From Octopus sinensis (taxonomy: Eukaryota): a DNA stretch of 64,000 nt. A program made the translations under genes and the position numbers. Shown piece after piece: positions 1 to 11,383 of the stretch (positions are counted from its first letter, which is position 1; the number at the start of each line of letters is the position of its first letter). Under the pieces are notes generated by a model, which was not told where the DNA came from, searched no databases, and was given only the letters and a program-made list of their open reading frames with translations. Location: positions 8,246,001-8,310,000 of the forward strand of contig NC_043025.1 in NCBI RefSeq assembly GCF_006345805.1, in the 5' to 3' direction.

Positions 1-1
1 G

Positions 2-63
2 TCAGCATGCTACTATTAATCAAGAAATCATTCAAGAGAAAGCGTTGTCTTTGAGGACCTGAA
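2..63 (+). mobile_element. Tigger/pogo transposase relic, segment 1
   Basis: QHATINQEIIQEKALSL(fs)EDLK resembles the Tigger IQEKAxSLFEDLK segment; ends where a SINE begins. Confidence 0.55.
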
Positions 64-213
64 GAGTGTGGTAAGTAGCTTTCTAACCAACCACATGGTT
101 CCGGGTTCAGTCCCACTGCGTGACATCTTGGGCAAGTGTCTTCTGCTATAGCCCCGGACCGACCAATGCCTTGTGAGTGGATTTGGTAGATGGAAACTGA
201 AAGAAGCCTGTCT

Positions 214-267
<54 letters not shown>

Positions 268-500
268 CGTGTGTATATGTTTGTGTGTCTGTGTTTGTCC
301 CCCTAGCATTGCTTGACAACCGATGCTGGTGTGTTTACGTCCCCGTCACTTAGCGGTTCGGCAAAAGAGACCGATAGAATAAGTACTGGGCTTACAAAGA
401 ATAAGACCCGGGTTCGATTTGCTCGACTAAAAGGCGGTGCTCCAGCATGGCCGCAGTCAAATGACTGAAACAAGTAAAAGAGTAAAGGAGTAAAAGAGTA
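64..500 (+). mobile_element. SINE family A (tRNA head, internal TA/CA microsatellite, (GTAAAAGA)n tail)
   Basis: A-box-like gtggctgtgtggtaag and B-box-like ggttcagtccc in full copies; more than 20 near-identical copies in the window; this copy is 5'-clipped. Confidence 0.9.
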
Positions 501-501
501 A

Positions 502-714
502 GATGAGAAAGATGTAGAGTTCAAGGCAAGTCAAAGATGGTTCCTGAAATTTAAGGAGCAAAGAAGTTATCATGAAGATGGTCAAAGTGCATCAGCTGAT
601 GAACAAGCAGTAACGGAATTTCTTAATGCATTAAAAAAAAAATCACTGAAGAAAGCGGGGTTTTTCCCAAACTGATTTTTAACGTAGACAAAACTGGATT
701 GTATTGGAAAAAAG
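502..714 (+). mobile_element. Tigger/pogo transposase relic, segment 2 (end of CENP-B-type HTH to start of DDE)
   Basis: EFKASQRWFLKFK...GQSASADEQAVTEF...IFNVDKTGLYWKK with frameshifts; matches pogo motifs FKASxGWFxxFK, GEAASAD and FNxDETGLFWK. Confidence 0.85.
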
Positions 715-890
715 GGCGATGTTTCGCTTGTCGTAGCACAAGTTTCCGTCGATTTCCTCCGTCGATTTCCGTAAAAAACTTTTATTTTTTTACATAAGTA
801 ATGAGAGCGAAAGAGACTAAGAGAAAGCGATTGTATGCGTGCATGGGAGCATTGATGTACATGTATGTGTGCGTGCGTGTGTGTGTGTGC

Positions 891-925
<35 letters not shown>

Positions 926-1152
926 ATGGGGTGTGGGAGACAGACAGTGTGTGCGAAGAGACAGAGAGAGTAATGTGTGAAAGAGAGAGATAACTGAAAT
1001 TTTTACTCGGTGTATGTGTATATGTATGTATGCATGTATGTGTGTGTGTGTATGTATGTATGTGTGTATGGCCGATTCAGTGTTTACATTTTTTACGGAA
1101 ATCGACAGAGGAAATCGACGGAAACGTGTGCTACGACAAGCGAAACATCGCC
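715..1152. mobile_element. MITE with 64-bp TIRs and 8-bp TSD (Merlin-like)
   Basis: TIRs 715-778 and 1089-1152 (GGCGATGTTTCGCTTGTCGTAGCAC..., 2 mismatches); GAAAAAAG duplicated at 707-714 and 1153-1160. GG-starting TIR with 8-bp TSD fits Merlin, but hAT/P are not excluded. Confidence 0.8.
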
Positions 1153-1160
1153 GAAAAAAG

Positions 1161-1250
1161 AAATTGCCGGACTATTTATTCATTTCCAAGGAGGAGAAAA
1201 CTATTTCAGGCTACAAGGTCTCAAAAGAACATGTCTTATTGCAAACCACA
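1161..1250 (+). mobile_element. Tigger/pogo transposase relic, segment 3
   Basis: KLPDYLFISKEEKTISGYKVSKEHVLL continues the motif (MPxRTFIxKEEKxxPGxKxxKDRLTL) immediately after the MITE. Confidence 0.7.
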
Positions 1251-1461
1251 AAATATATGAGAATGAGAAAATAGCTGATAAACAGACATAAAACAACTGC
1301 GAGAATCACGAATGACAACGACGCCTAACGGTAGATATTGGAACTACAGTGCAATACGAGCTCCGAAAGACTGATAAATGAAACAACACAACTAATTTTA
1401 TGATTTCGTTCACTAAGCTACACTGCTTTATGGTGTGTATCTTAACATTTACACTCTCTCT

Positions 1462-1868
1462 CTTTTACTCTTTTACTTGTTTCAGTCATTTGACTGCGGC
1501 CATGCTGGAGCACCGCCTTTAGTCGAGCAAATCGACCCCGGGACTTATTCTTTGTAAGCCCAGTACTTATTCTATCGGTCTCTTTTGCCGAACCGCTAAG
1601 TGACGGGGATAAACACACCAGCATCGGTTGTCAAGCAATGCTAGAGGGGACAAACACAGACACACAAACATATACACACACACTTATATATATATATATA
1701 TATATACGACAGGCTTCTTTCAGTTTCCGTCTACCAAATCCACTCACAAAGCATTAGTCAGCCTGGGGCTATAGCAGAAGACACTTGCCCAAGATGCCAC
1801 GCAGTGGGACTGAACCCGGAACCATGGGTTGGTTAGCAAGCTACTTACCACACAGCCACTCCTGCACC
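1462..1868 (-). mobile_element. SINE family A
   Basis: Full-length reverse copy. Confidence 0.9.
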
Positions 1869-1996
1869 TATATACTGTACGTATTTTAACATGATTTTAT
1901 GCACTTTTAACGGTTTTCTAGTGATTTTACAATTCCAAATTTGTGGCGGACAGGTGTAAAGTCGAGTAAAATGACTTGATTTGATTTTTATTTTTC

Positions 1997-2396
1997 CAGG
2001 AGTGGCTGTGTGGTAAGTAGCTTGTTTACCAACCACATGGTTCCAGGTTCAGTCCCACTGCGTGGCACCTTGGGCAACTGTCTTCTGCTATAGCGCCGGG
2101 CCGACCAATGCCTTGTGAGTGGATTTGGTAGACGGAAACTGAAAGAAGCCTGTCGTATATATGTATATATATATATGTGTGTGTATATGTTTGTGTGTTT
2201 GTGTTTGTCCCCTGATGCTTGACAACCGATGCTAGTGTGTTTACATCCCCGTCACTTAGCAGTTCGGCAAAAGAGACCGATAGAATAAGTACTGGGCTTA
2301 CAAAAGAATAAGTCCCGGGGTCGATTTGCTCGACTAAAAGGCGGTGCTCCAGCATGGCCGCAGTCAAATGACTGGAAACAAGTAAAAGAAAAGAAA
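1997..2396 (+). mobile_element. SINE family A
   Basis: Full-length copy. Confidence 0.9.
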
Positions 2397-2595
2397 GAAG
2401 AAAAAAGAATATATTATTTTTGAAAACTGACATTTGATCAAGAATGACTTAAGCCGACGTATGCCTGTATATACATAGATTAAATGTAAGCCATGTTAAG
2501 TGTATTCAAAATAGATGAAAGGGACAGAAAAGGGTTATCTTTCTTTTGCGAACGACATCTTGATTTTATTGTGGGTCTTTCATTTTTATTGATAA

Positions 2596-2990
2596 CTAGC
2601 AGTATCGCCCGACGTTGCTCGGGTTTGTAAGGGAAATAACTACATAAGCATTTTTAGAGATGTAAAGTATAATAGCCATCTCAATATGGCTAACCACAAA
2701 GGGGGGGGGGTTACTGTAGCTTTTACGTTCTGAGATTTAATAATAAATTTTTAGAGAGTTACTTCCCTTATATATGCCAAAAATGAATTAAAAATGGAAA
2801 AAATTGATGGTAAATTTTTTTTAAATCGTAGACTTATTGTAGACGCACGCTAATACCCAGAAGGGCTCGATATGAATCACGACTATAAGATACCCGGTTT
2901 TGGTTAAACTGCACAGCAAAATGTGGGAGTAGTTAGGAATCTAAATCGTAGGAGACAGACAGCACACAACCTCACTTTTATATATAAAGA
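2596..2990 (-). mobile_element. Non-autonomous Helitron
   Basis: Minus strand begins TCTTTATATATAAAAGTGAGG and ends CCCGAGCAACGTCGGGCGATACTGCTAG; inserted between A and T; subterminal hairpin; no TSD. Confidence 0.85.
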
Positions 2991-3636
2991 TTAGAACAAC
3001 CTGCTGTGCTTGAGGAGACCTATTGAGTCGAGTACATGAACATCGAAATAAATATCAATGGAAATAGTAGTTGTGATACCTGTGGCACGTAAAAAGCACC
3101 ATCCGAACGTGGCCGATGCCAGCGCCGCCTTGACTGGCTTCTGTGTCGGTGGCACGTAAAAAGCACCATCCGAACATGGTCGATGCCAGCGCCGCCTTGA
3201 CTGGCTTCTGTGTCGGTGACACGTAAAAAGCACCATCCGAACATGGTCGACCAGTGCTGCCTTGACTGGCTTCTGTTCGATGGCACTAAAAAGCACCATC
3301 CGAACATGGTCGATGCCATGCTGCCTTGACTGCTTCTTTGTCGGTGGCACTAAAAAGCACATCCGAACTGGGCAATGCCATGCCGCCGCCGCCTGGCTCT
3401 GTGCCGTGGCACGTAAAACACCAACTGATTGTGGCCGCTGCCAGCCTCCCTGGCACCTGTGCCAGTGACACATAAAAAGCACCCACTGCACTCACGGAGT
3501 GGTTGGTGTTAGGAAGGGCATCCAGCTGTAGAAACATGCAGATCAGACTGGAGCCTGGTGCAGATCCCCGGTCGAACCGTCCAACCCAGGCTAGCACAGA
3601 AAACGGATGTTAAACGATGATGATGATGATGATGAT
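2991..3636 (+). mobile_element. SINE-like family D ((GAT)n tail) with internal VNTR of ~7 units
   Basis: Core GTGGCACGTAAAAAGCACC recurs every 59-68 bp, then agggcatccagctgtagaaac...gttaaacgatgatg. Confidence 0.82.
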
Positions 3637-3924
3637 GTGTATGTGCTGTGCATATATAAGTATATATTTGTGGTGTGTATATACATATACGTGTGTGTCT
3701 ATATAGCATGGCCATTCAAATAATGTAAAAATAGCAGCCAAATCTCTTTCAAATTATGCCTCCCTCTGCTACTGTTGTCTTAGAAAAGAGCACGTTGATT
3801 AATGTGGTTCTACATGTCACAGATGGAATCGTCACAGCTGGAATGTCTTTGATTACAGTTGTTATGGAGTTGAACAAGAAAATATAACCCATTCTCGCTA
3901 ATCTTAATTAAAATCTTCAGCACC

Positions 3925-4528
3925 ATGACCACCACCACCACATCACCATGACCCATCAACACCATCACCATCACCAGATAACCACAGTCACCATCACCAC
4001 AAACACCACCACTACCACCACCACCACCACCACCATCACCATCACCATCGCTACCATCATCAACAACAACACCACTACCACCACCACCACCACAGCCACC
4101 AACAACAACACCACTACCACCACCATCATCGCTACCATCATCAACACCACCAACAACAACACCACTACCACCACCACCACCATCACCATCGCTACCATCA
4201 TCAACAACAACACTACCACCACCACCACCGCCACAGCCACCAACAACAACACCACTACCACCACCATCATCGCTAGCATCATCAACACCACCACCAACAA
4301 CACCACTACCACCATCACCACCACCACCAACAACACCACTACCACCACTACCACCATCATCGTTACCATCATCAACACCACCACCAACAACACCACTACC
4401 ACCACCACCACCACCACCAACAACACCACTACCACCACCACCACCATCATCGTTACCATCATCAACACCAACACCAACAACACCACTACCACCACCACCA
4501 CCACCACCAACAACACCACTACCACCAC
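3925..4528. repeat. (ACC/AAC/ATC)n compound trinucleotide tract running into the gap
   Basis: Direct inspection. Confidence 0.95.
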
Positions 4529-4628
4529 NNNNNNNNNNNNNNNNNNNNNNNNNNNNNNNNNNNNNNNNNNNNNNNNNNNNNNNNNNNNNNNNNNNNNNNN
4601 NNNNNNNNNNNNNNNNNNNNNNNNNNNN
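4529..4628. other. Assembly gap (100 N)
   Basis: Run of N. Confidence 1.
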
Positions 4629-4945
4629 CTCAAAATCTCTCTTGGAGCGTCATCCAACCAAAATGCAAATATATGGGAAACTACCACCTGTGTCATCTCT
4701 TGTGAAAGGTAGGAGAGTCCAGTTTGCTGACATTGTTGTAGAGCTGAAAACGAGGTAATTTCTACTCTCTTCTCCTCTGGAAGCCATCTTCTCGATACCA
4801 GAGGGTGCACACTCTCCTACCCTGATGTAATCTCCAGGGATACAGGCATCCAGCAACAGGACCTCCGTAATGCTATGATGGACTGTGAAGTCTGGCGTAG
4901 TGTGGTAAATTCCATTGTCTCGACCACGGTCGAACAATGATGAAT
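4629..4945 (+). mobile_element. RTE-clade LINE ORF 3' fragment
   Basis: ...HPTKMQIYGKLPPVSSLVKGRRVQFA(fs)...LLWKP...SYPDVISRDTG...AMMDCEVWR, followed by a (TGA)n-like tail; starts at the N gap. Confidence 0.82.
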
Positions 4946-5745
4946 GAATGATGAGGATAGAATGTTATCATCATCATCATCGTTTAACGTCCGCTTTCCA
5001 TGCTAGCATGGGTTGGACGGTTCAACCGGGGTCTGGGAAACCAGGAGGCTGCACCAGGCTCCAGTCTGATCTGGCAATGTTTCTACAGCTGGATGCCCTT
5101 CCTAATGCCATCCACTCCATGAGTGTAGTGGGTGCTTTTTACGTGTCACCTGCACAGGTGCCAGATGAGGCTGGTGAACGGCCACGCTCGGATGGTGCTT
5201 TTTATGTGCCACCGGCACGGAGGCCAGGTGAGGCTGGCAACGGACACGATCGGATGGTGTTTGTTACGTGCCACCGTTATATTATGTTCACATTGAAAGC
5301 AAGGGACAAGTTGAGTATGCAACTGGAAAGGCAGCCAGTTCCAAAACTATTCATCCATCCCAAAAAAGAAAAGTGTCCTTAATGCCAACTTCAACCAGCG
5401 CAGCTCTAGTGTCATTGTCAACGTCTGAAGAAGAGACTGAAAGCAAGTATGAAGAGTCCAAAAAGTCAGATGAAGAATCCACACAAACAAGGAGGGAGTA
5501 TAGCAAAACTGGAAGCGCAACCCAGCTAGTAATATCTTCCAAGCCATCAACCCAAAAAGCAGCAACAGTTTGTCAACAATTATCTCAAGATGGAATCAAT
5601 GTCGAGACTCCTTCTCAAGTTAACTCATAGATAAAGGATAAAAGATAAATGCATACATATATACGTGTGTGTGTGTGACCGCGTGTGTACTGTTGGTGAT
5701 TTTTTTCCCTCCGTCTTCCCTTCTCTGGATCTTTCCTTTTCCTAT

Positions 5746-5780
5746 GTTTCTGACGAAGAGCTCCGCTTGAAACATTAAAC
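5746..5780 (+). ncRNA. Minimal type I hammerhead motif, decayed
   Basis: GUUU CUGACGA A GAGC-UCC-GCUU GAAAC AUU AAAC; two transitions away from the GCUC/GAAACGUU seen in part in the sister copy at 55976. Confidence 0.65.
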
Positions 5781-5913
5781 CCTCCGTCTTTCCTTCTTTC
5801 CTGAGTGTCCAATAATACTATACTTGTTCCACGTCCTCACGTTGTTGTTTTCTCTTTGTGTTTTCATGTTTGGATTAACTATATATATATATAATATATA
5901 TATATATATATAA

Positions 5914-5955
5914 AATAAATCTCTGAACGAGGTATACCTTGTTCAGAGATTTATT
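5914..5955. repeat. 42-bp palindrome with one mismatch
   Basis: aataaatctctgaacgaggta|taccttgttcagagatttatt. Confidence 0.9.
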
Positions 5956-6172
5956 ATTGCTTGTATACACTTTTTCGAGATCAGTGACGAATAGTTACTG
6001 AAAAAAGCATATTAATATTTGCATTGGGAACTCCTTTCATCGAAAACCGGTGATTGTCGTACGCAGATGGCAGGTTAAGACCCAGAAACTACAGTCCGTG
6101 CGTATCACTTCGGTTAACAAGGGAAGGATGACCTTCCTTTGCAAATACCGAAAGGGCACAGAAAGTGTGCCT

Positions 6173-6514
6173 TTAGTCAATCAAATCGACCCCAGGACTT
6201 ATTCTTTGTAAGCCTAGTACTTATTTTATCTTTCTCTTTTTTGCCGAACCGCTAAGTGACGGGGACGTAAACACACCAGCATCGGTTGTCAAGCGATGTT
6301 GGGGGGACAAACACAGACACACAAACACGCACATACATACATATAGATATATACGACAGGCTTCTTTCAGTTTCCATCTACCAAATCCACTCACAAGGCT
6401 TTGGTCTGCCCCAGGCTATAGTAGAAGACACTTACCCAAGGTGCCATGCAGTGGGACTGAACTCGGAACCATGTGGTTCATAAGCAAGCTACTTACCACA
6501 CAGCCACTCCTGCC
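6173..6514 (-). mobile_element. SINE family A, tail missing
   Basis: Matches family consensus. Confidence 0.85.
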
Positions 6515-6819
6515 CTAAATATATATATATTTATATATATTTATATATATATATATATTATATATATATATATATATATATGATGCACAATCAAAGGTGC
6601 AGAAATGGCATACTCCAAATGAATAAGGTGACATAATCCAATGGTAGAGAGAGGTCCATGAATTAGTCACTCCAAGACTGCCTAGAAGGACGTGGGGGCT
6701 GTGTGAGCATGCAATAAATAGTCAATTATAAAAAAAAAAAACAAAAGAAACAAAACAAAGGTTTGGAAATGGCACAAGCAATGTATTAATAAGATGCTCA
6801 GAAAAAAGAAAAAGTAGAA

Positions 6820-6856
6820 GTTTTACATTTCGAGCATAGTGCTCTTCTTCAGAAAC
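6820..6856 (-). ncRNA. Minimal type I hammerhead motif
   Basis: GUUU CUGAAGA A GAGCA-CUA-UGCUC GAAA UGUA AAAC; only one stem III position deviates from the expected ACGU. Confidence 0.65.
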
Positions 6857-7555
6857 AGGAAGAAACAGGAAAGTCCAAGAGGAAGGGGGAAAAAACTGCC
6901 AACAGTCATGTGTGGTTATATTTTTGAAGTAAGGGACCAGAAGCTGGAATGAAGAGAAATTGCTTTCTGAAATAGGAGACTGCGAAGATGGTTAGTATGC
7001 GTGCATGTGTGCACATGTGTGTGTGTGGTAGTGTGTGGTTTGTGTTGTAGCGTGTGTGTGCATGGTAGTGTGTGTGCATGTGGTGGTAACTGTGTGTGCA
7101 AGTGTGGTAATATGTGTATGTGTGTGTGTGGTATTAACTATGTGTGCATGTTTGTGTTTGTGTGTGCAGTCTATGCATGTGTGCATGTGTGTGTTTGCAT
7201 GTGTGGCTGTAGAAGGGTGAGAAATGTGTGTGGGTGTAGCCAAGGGTGTGGGTACTATGTTTGCAGGTGTGTGTGTGTATAATATATATATACAAATATA
7301 TATATACTCTTTTACTTGTTTCAGTCATTTGACGGTGCTGGAGCACTGCCATTAGTCAAGCACATCGACTTATTCTTTGTAAGCCTAGTACTCTATTGTT
7401 CTCTTTTGCTGAACCGCTAAGTTACGGGGACATAAACACACCTGCATCGGTTGTCAAGGGATGTTGGGGGGACAAACACAGACACACAAACATATACGCA
7501 CACACACATATATATACAGACGATGGAATTAGTGTGTGAATTTGAGAGGGGAATA

Positions 7556-8058
7556 TCTTTATATATAAAAGTGAGGTTGTGTGCTGTCTGTCTCCTACGA
7601 TTTAGATTCCTAACTCCTCCCACATTTTGCGGTGCAGTTTAACCAAAACCGGGTATCTTATAGTCGTGATTCATATCGAGCCCGTCTGACTATTAGCGCG
7701 CGTCAACGATGAGTCTACGATTTAAAAAATAATTTAACATCATTTTTTATTCCATTTTAATGCATAAAATGCATCGTGTGTCGATGGCGGCGGAGTTGGC
7801 GTCCACGCTCACAGCTGCACCTGTTTGCTTCTCCCCCTTCCCTCCCTCGTGAAGCTGTGGGGAAGGAGTGTAAAGAAATCAATGTCGTAATGCGTTGTGA
7901 AGGAAACCAGCGTTCTTTTAGAACAACGACTTCATGGCTTGAAGACACCAAAACAAAAATGGCTAAGAAAGCCGAATTTATAAGGGAAGTAACTCTCTAA
8001 AAATGCTTATATAGTTATTTCCCTTACAAACCCGAGCAACGCCGGGCGATACTGCTAG
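7556..8058 (+). mobile_element. Non-autonomous Helitron, copy 1 of a tandem pair, with an unrelated ~230-bp internal segment
   Basis: A|TCTTTATATATAAAAG start; CCCGAGCAACGCCGGGCGATACTGCTAG end; same family as 2596-2990. Confidence 0.87.
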
Positions 8059-8757
8059 TCTTTATATATAAAAGTGAGGTTGTGTGCTGTCTGTCTCACA
8101 ATTTAGATTCCTAACTACTCCCACATTCTGCGGTGCAGTTTAACCAAAACCGGGTTATCTTATAGTCGTGATTCATATAGAGCCCTCTGGGTATTAGCGC
8201 ACGTCTACGTGAGTCTACGATTTTTAAAATAATTTACCATTATTTTTTTCCATTTTGATGCATTTTTTCGCTATTATATAAGGGAAGTAACTCTCTAAAA
8301 ATGTCTACGATGAGTCTACGATTTTAAAAATAATTTACCATCATTTTTTTCCATTTTGATGCATTTTTTCGCTATTATATAAGGGAAGTAACTCTCTAAA
8401 AATGTCTACGATGAGTCAACGATTTAAAAAAAAATTTACCATAATTTTTTCCATTTTGATGCATTTTTTCGCTATTATATAAGGGAAGTAACTCTCTAAA
8501 AATGTCTATGATGAGTCAACGATTTTTAAAAAAATTTACCATCATTTTTTTCCATTTTGATGCATTTTTTCGCTATTATATAAGGGAAGTAACTCTCTAA
8601 AAATGTCTACGATGAGTCAACGATTTAAAAAAAAATTTACCATCATTTTTTTCCATTTTTAATGCATTTTTTTGTTATTCTTTGGCTATAACTCTCTAAA
8701 AATGCTTATATAGTTACTTCCCTTACAAACTCGAGCAACGCCGGGCAATACTGCTAG
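8059..8757 (+). mobile_element. Non-autonomous Helitron, copy 2 of the tandem pair, with an internal ~101-bp tandem repeat
   Basis: Starts TC directly after the CTAG of copy 1 and ends ...GCAATACTGCTAG|T; about 5 internal units (agggaagtaactctc at 8281, 8382, 8482, 8583). Confidence 0.87.
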
Positions 8758-9334
8758 TGTTGAATAAAATCATGATTAACTGATCCTCCCGTATTTTCTT
8801 TTACCCAAACCCAGGTATTTTCAGTATCCCCTTGCATATAAACAGAAGCACAAAAGGTGGTGAATTCCAAGGTTTTTGTTTGTCTGTGACCCCAGAAATT
8901 TTTTTTCTATCATATCCTGGAATGTACCCATGTATTTATATATGTATTTGTGTGTGTGTGCATCTGTGTGTCTGAGTACGTGTTTACATCTGCTCTCTAT
9001 GACAATTGTTACAAGCGATGTTGTTTTCATTTCACTTGTCACCAAAGTGTCCAAACATTTCATACCTTTTTAAACAAGTGAGCTGAAAGGTTCTTTCCTT
9101 GGGTCATAGGTTAAGGCTAACAGCAAGGAGAGAGAGGGGGCATCTTACCGTAAAGCAATGCCTCAATCATATATCCTCCCAACCCATGCACCAAACATGT
9201 AAAAATGGAAGTTTAAATGAACAGATGATACTCACACATATATAGGCACAGGAGTGGCTGTGTGGTAAGTAGCTTGCTTACCAACCACATGGTCCCAGGT
9301 TCAGTCCCACATTGGGCTTCACCGAGGCAGTGAC

Positions 9335-10285
9335 TAGTGAACAAGACCTTTGGTGATATGCTGTACTTGAGAAGACCCGGCAAGCCAAGTGAGACCCCAA
9401 CTCATGGCCTATGCCAGTGGTGTATAACCAGCCCACTTATGAGTACCTTTTCTTCATTGGACACTAAACTTTTCTTGCGAAGACCTGTTGGGGCAAGTGA
9501 AATCAAAATTGCTGACGTGGCCGATGACAGTACCACCTGATTGGCCCTTGTGCCAGTGGAACATTAAAAGCACCATCCGAGCATGATCATTGCCAGAACC
9601 ACTGATTGGGTCCCATGCCGGTGGCACGTAAAAAGCACCATCCGAGCATGATCATTGCCAGAACCACTGATTGGCTCCCATACCGGTGGCATGTAAAAGG
9701 CACCATTTGAGTGTGATCATTGCCAGAACCACTGATTGGCTCCCATGCCGGTGGTACATAAAAAGCACCATTTGAGTGTGATCATTGCCAGAACCACTGA
9801 TTGGCTCCCATGCCGGTGGCACGTAAAAAGCACCATTTGAGTGTGATCATTGCCAGAACCATCGATTGGCTCCCATGCCGGTGGCACATAAAAAGCACCG
9901 TTCGAGTGTGATCATTACCTGTGTTGCCTTACTGGCACATGTGCTGGTGGCACATGAAAAACAACATTTGAGCATGGTCGTTGCCAGTGCCTCAGGATTG
10001 GCTCCCGTGCAGGTGGCACATAAAAAATACCTTTGAGCATGGTCATTGCCAGTGGCACCAGACTGGCCCCCATGCCAGTGGCACATAAAAGCACCCACTA
10101 CACTCTCAGAGTGGCTGGCATTAGGAAGGACATCCAGCTGTAGAAACTCTGCCAGATCAGATTGGAGCCTGGTGCGGCCTTCATCTGGCTCACCAGTCCT
10201 CAGTCAAACCATCCAACCCATGCCAGCATGGAAAGCAGACGTTAAACAATGACGACGACGACGACGATGATGATGATGATGATGC
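9335..10285 (+). mobile_element. SINE-like family D with ~9-unit, 65-bp VNTR
   Basis: Cores at 9621, 9686, 9751, 9816, 9881, 9947, 10013, 10078 plus a decayed one near 9557. Confidence 0.82.
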
Positions 10286-10499
10286 TATATAAAATCTATC
10301 TTCTTCATACGTCATCATTCCACAAACTATTGCAAATGTTCTTGCCGCTAACCTTCTCTCGTTCTTTGACTGTAGGTGTGATTGCATAATATGTAATATG
10401 TACCCTGTGTCTATGTTACGTTTGGTTATGGCTGAAGGTATTGCTACTGCTTGTATGTATGTATATAATTAACGGGAGCACTTTTATGGCTTTGTCTGT

Positions 10500-11090
10500 G
10501 TGAGTATGTGTGTGTGTAGTTGGGGGGGGTGATAGTGAGAGAGAGAGAGAGAGAGAAAGTGAAAGTGGATGTGTGTGTGTGTGTGTGTATGTGTGTGTCG
10601 TTGGGGGTGATAGTGAGAGAGACAGAGAGAGAGAAAGAGAAAGCAAGAGAAAGAGAAAGCAAGAGAAAGAGAAAACAAGAGAAAGTGTGTATGTGTGTGT
10701 GTGTGTGTGTGTGGTAGAGAAAGAGAGTGAGTGTGTGTGTGTGGTAGAGAGAGAGAGAGAGAAAGTGAAAGTATATGTGTGTGTGTGTGTGTGTCGTTGG
10801 GGGTGATAGTGAGAGAGACAGAGAGAGAGAAAGAGAAAGCAAGAGAAAGTGTGTATGTGTGTGTGTGTGTGTGTGGTAGAGAAAGAGAGTGAGTGTGTGT
10901 GTGTGTGGCAGAGAGAGAGAGAGAGAAAGGGAGGGAGTGTGTGTATGTGGTAGAGAGAGAGAGAGAGAAAGTGTGTGATTGAGAGAGATAGAGAGAGATA
11001 AAGACAGTGAGTGAGTGTGTGTGAGTGAAAGAGCGAATGAGTGTGAATGTGTGTGTGTGTGTGTGAGAGAGAGAAAGTGAGTGCGTGTGT
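10500..11090. repeat. (GA)n/(GT)n compound microsatellite with higher-order blocks
   Basis: Direct inspection. Confidence 0.92.
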
Positions 11091-11383
11091 GAATTTCTAT
11101 TTTCATGTATATTTCATCATCACCACCATCATCATCATTTAGCATCCACTTTCCATGCTAGGGTGAGATGGATGGATTGACTGGGCGGGACTGGTAAGCT
11201 AGAGAGCAGCACCAGACTCCAGTCTGTTTTTGACTTGGCTACTACAGCTGGATGCTCCTCCTAACACCCCTCCACAGAATGTACTGGCTGTAGTTTACAT
11301 ATCACCATCACAGGTTCCTTCTACATATCACTGACAGAGGTGCCCTTTATGGGTCACCAACATGGCTACCTCTCACATGTTGG

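Noticed and set aside
3948-4712. 254-aa Thr/Asn-rich mucin-like ORF
   Set aside because: Translation of an (ACC/AAC)n tract spanning an N gap; the opposite strand is equally open (poly-Val); no splice or domain evidence.
9067-9150. Apparent 51-nt minus-strand exon with good splice signals
   Set aside because: Stops in all three frames, the upstream intron would be only 32 nt, and the sequence resembles a decayed family D tail.
9557-10095. CRISPR-like look of constant core plus linker arrays (also 3080-3485 and 53345-53815)
   Set aside because: Linkers within an array are near-copies of each other, not unique spacers. The arrays sit inside a eukaryotic SINE-like element and no cas genes are present.
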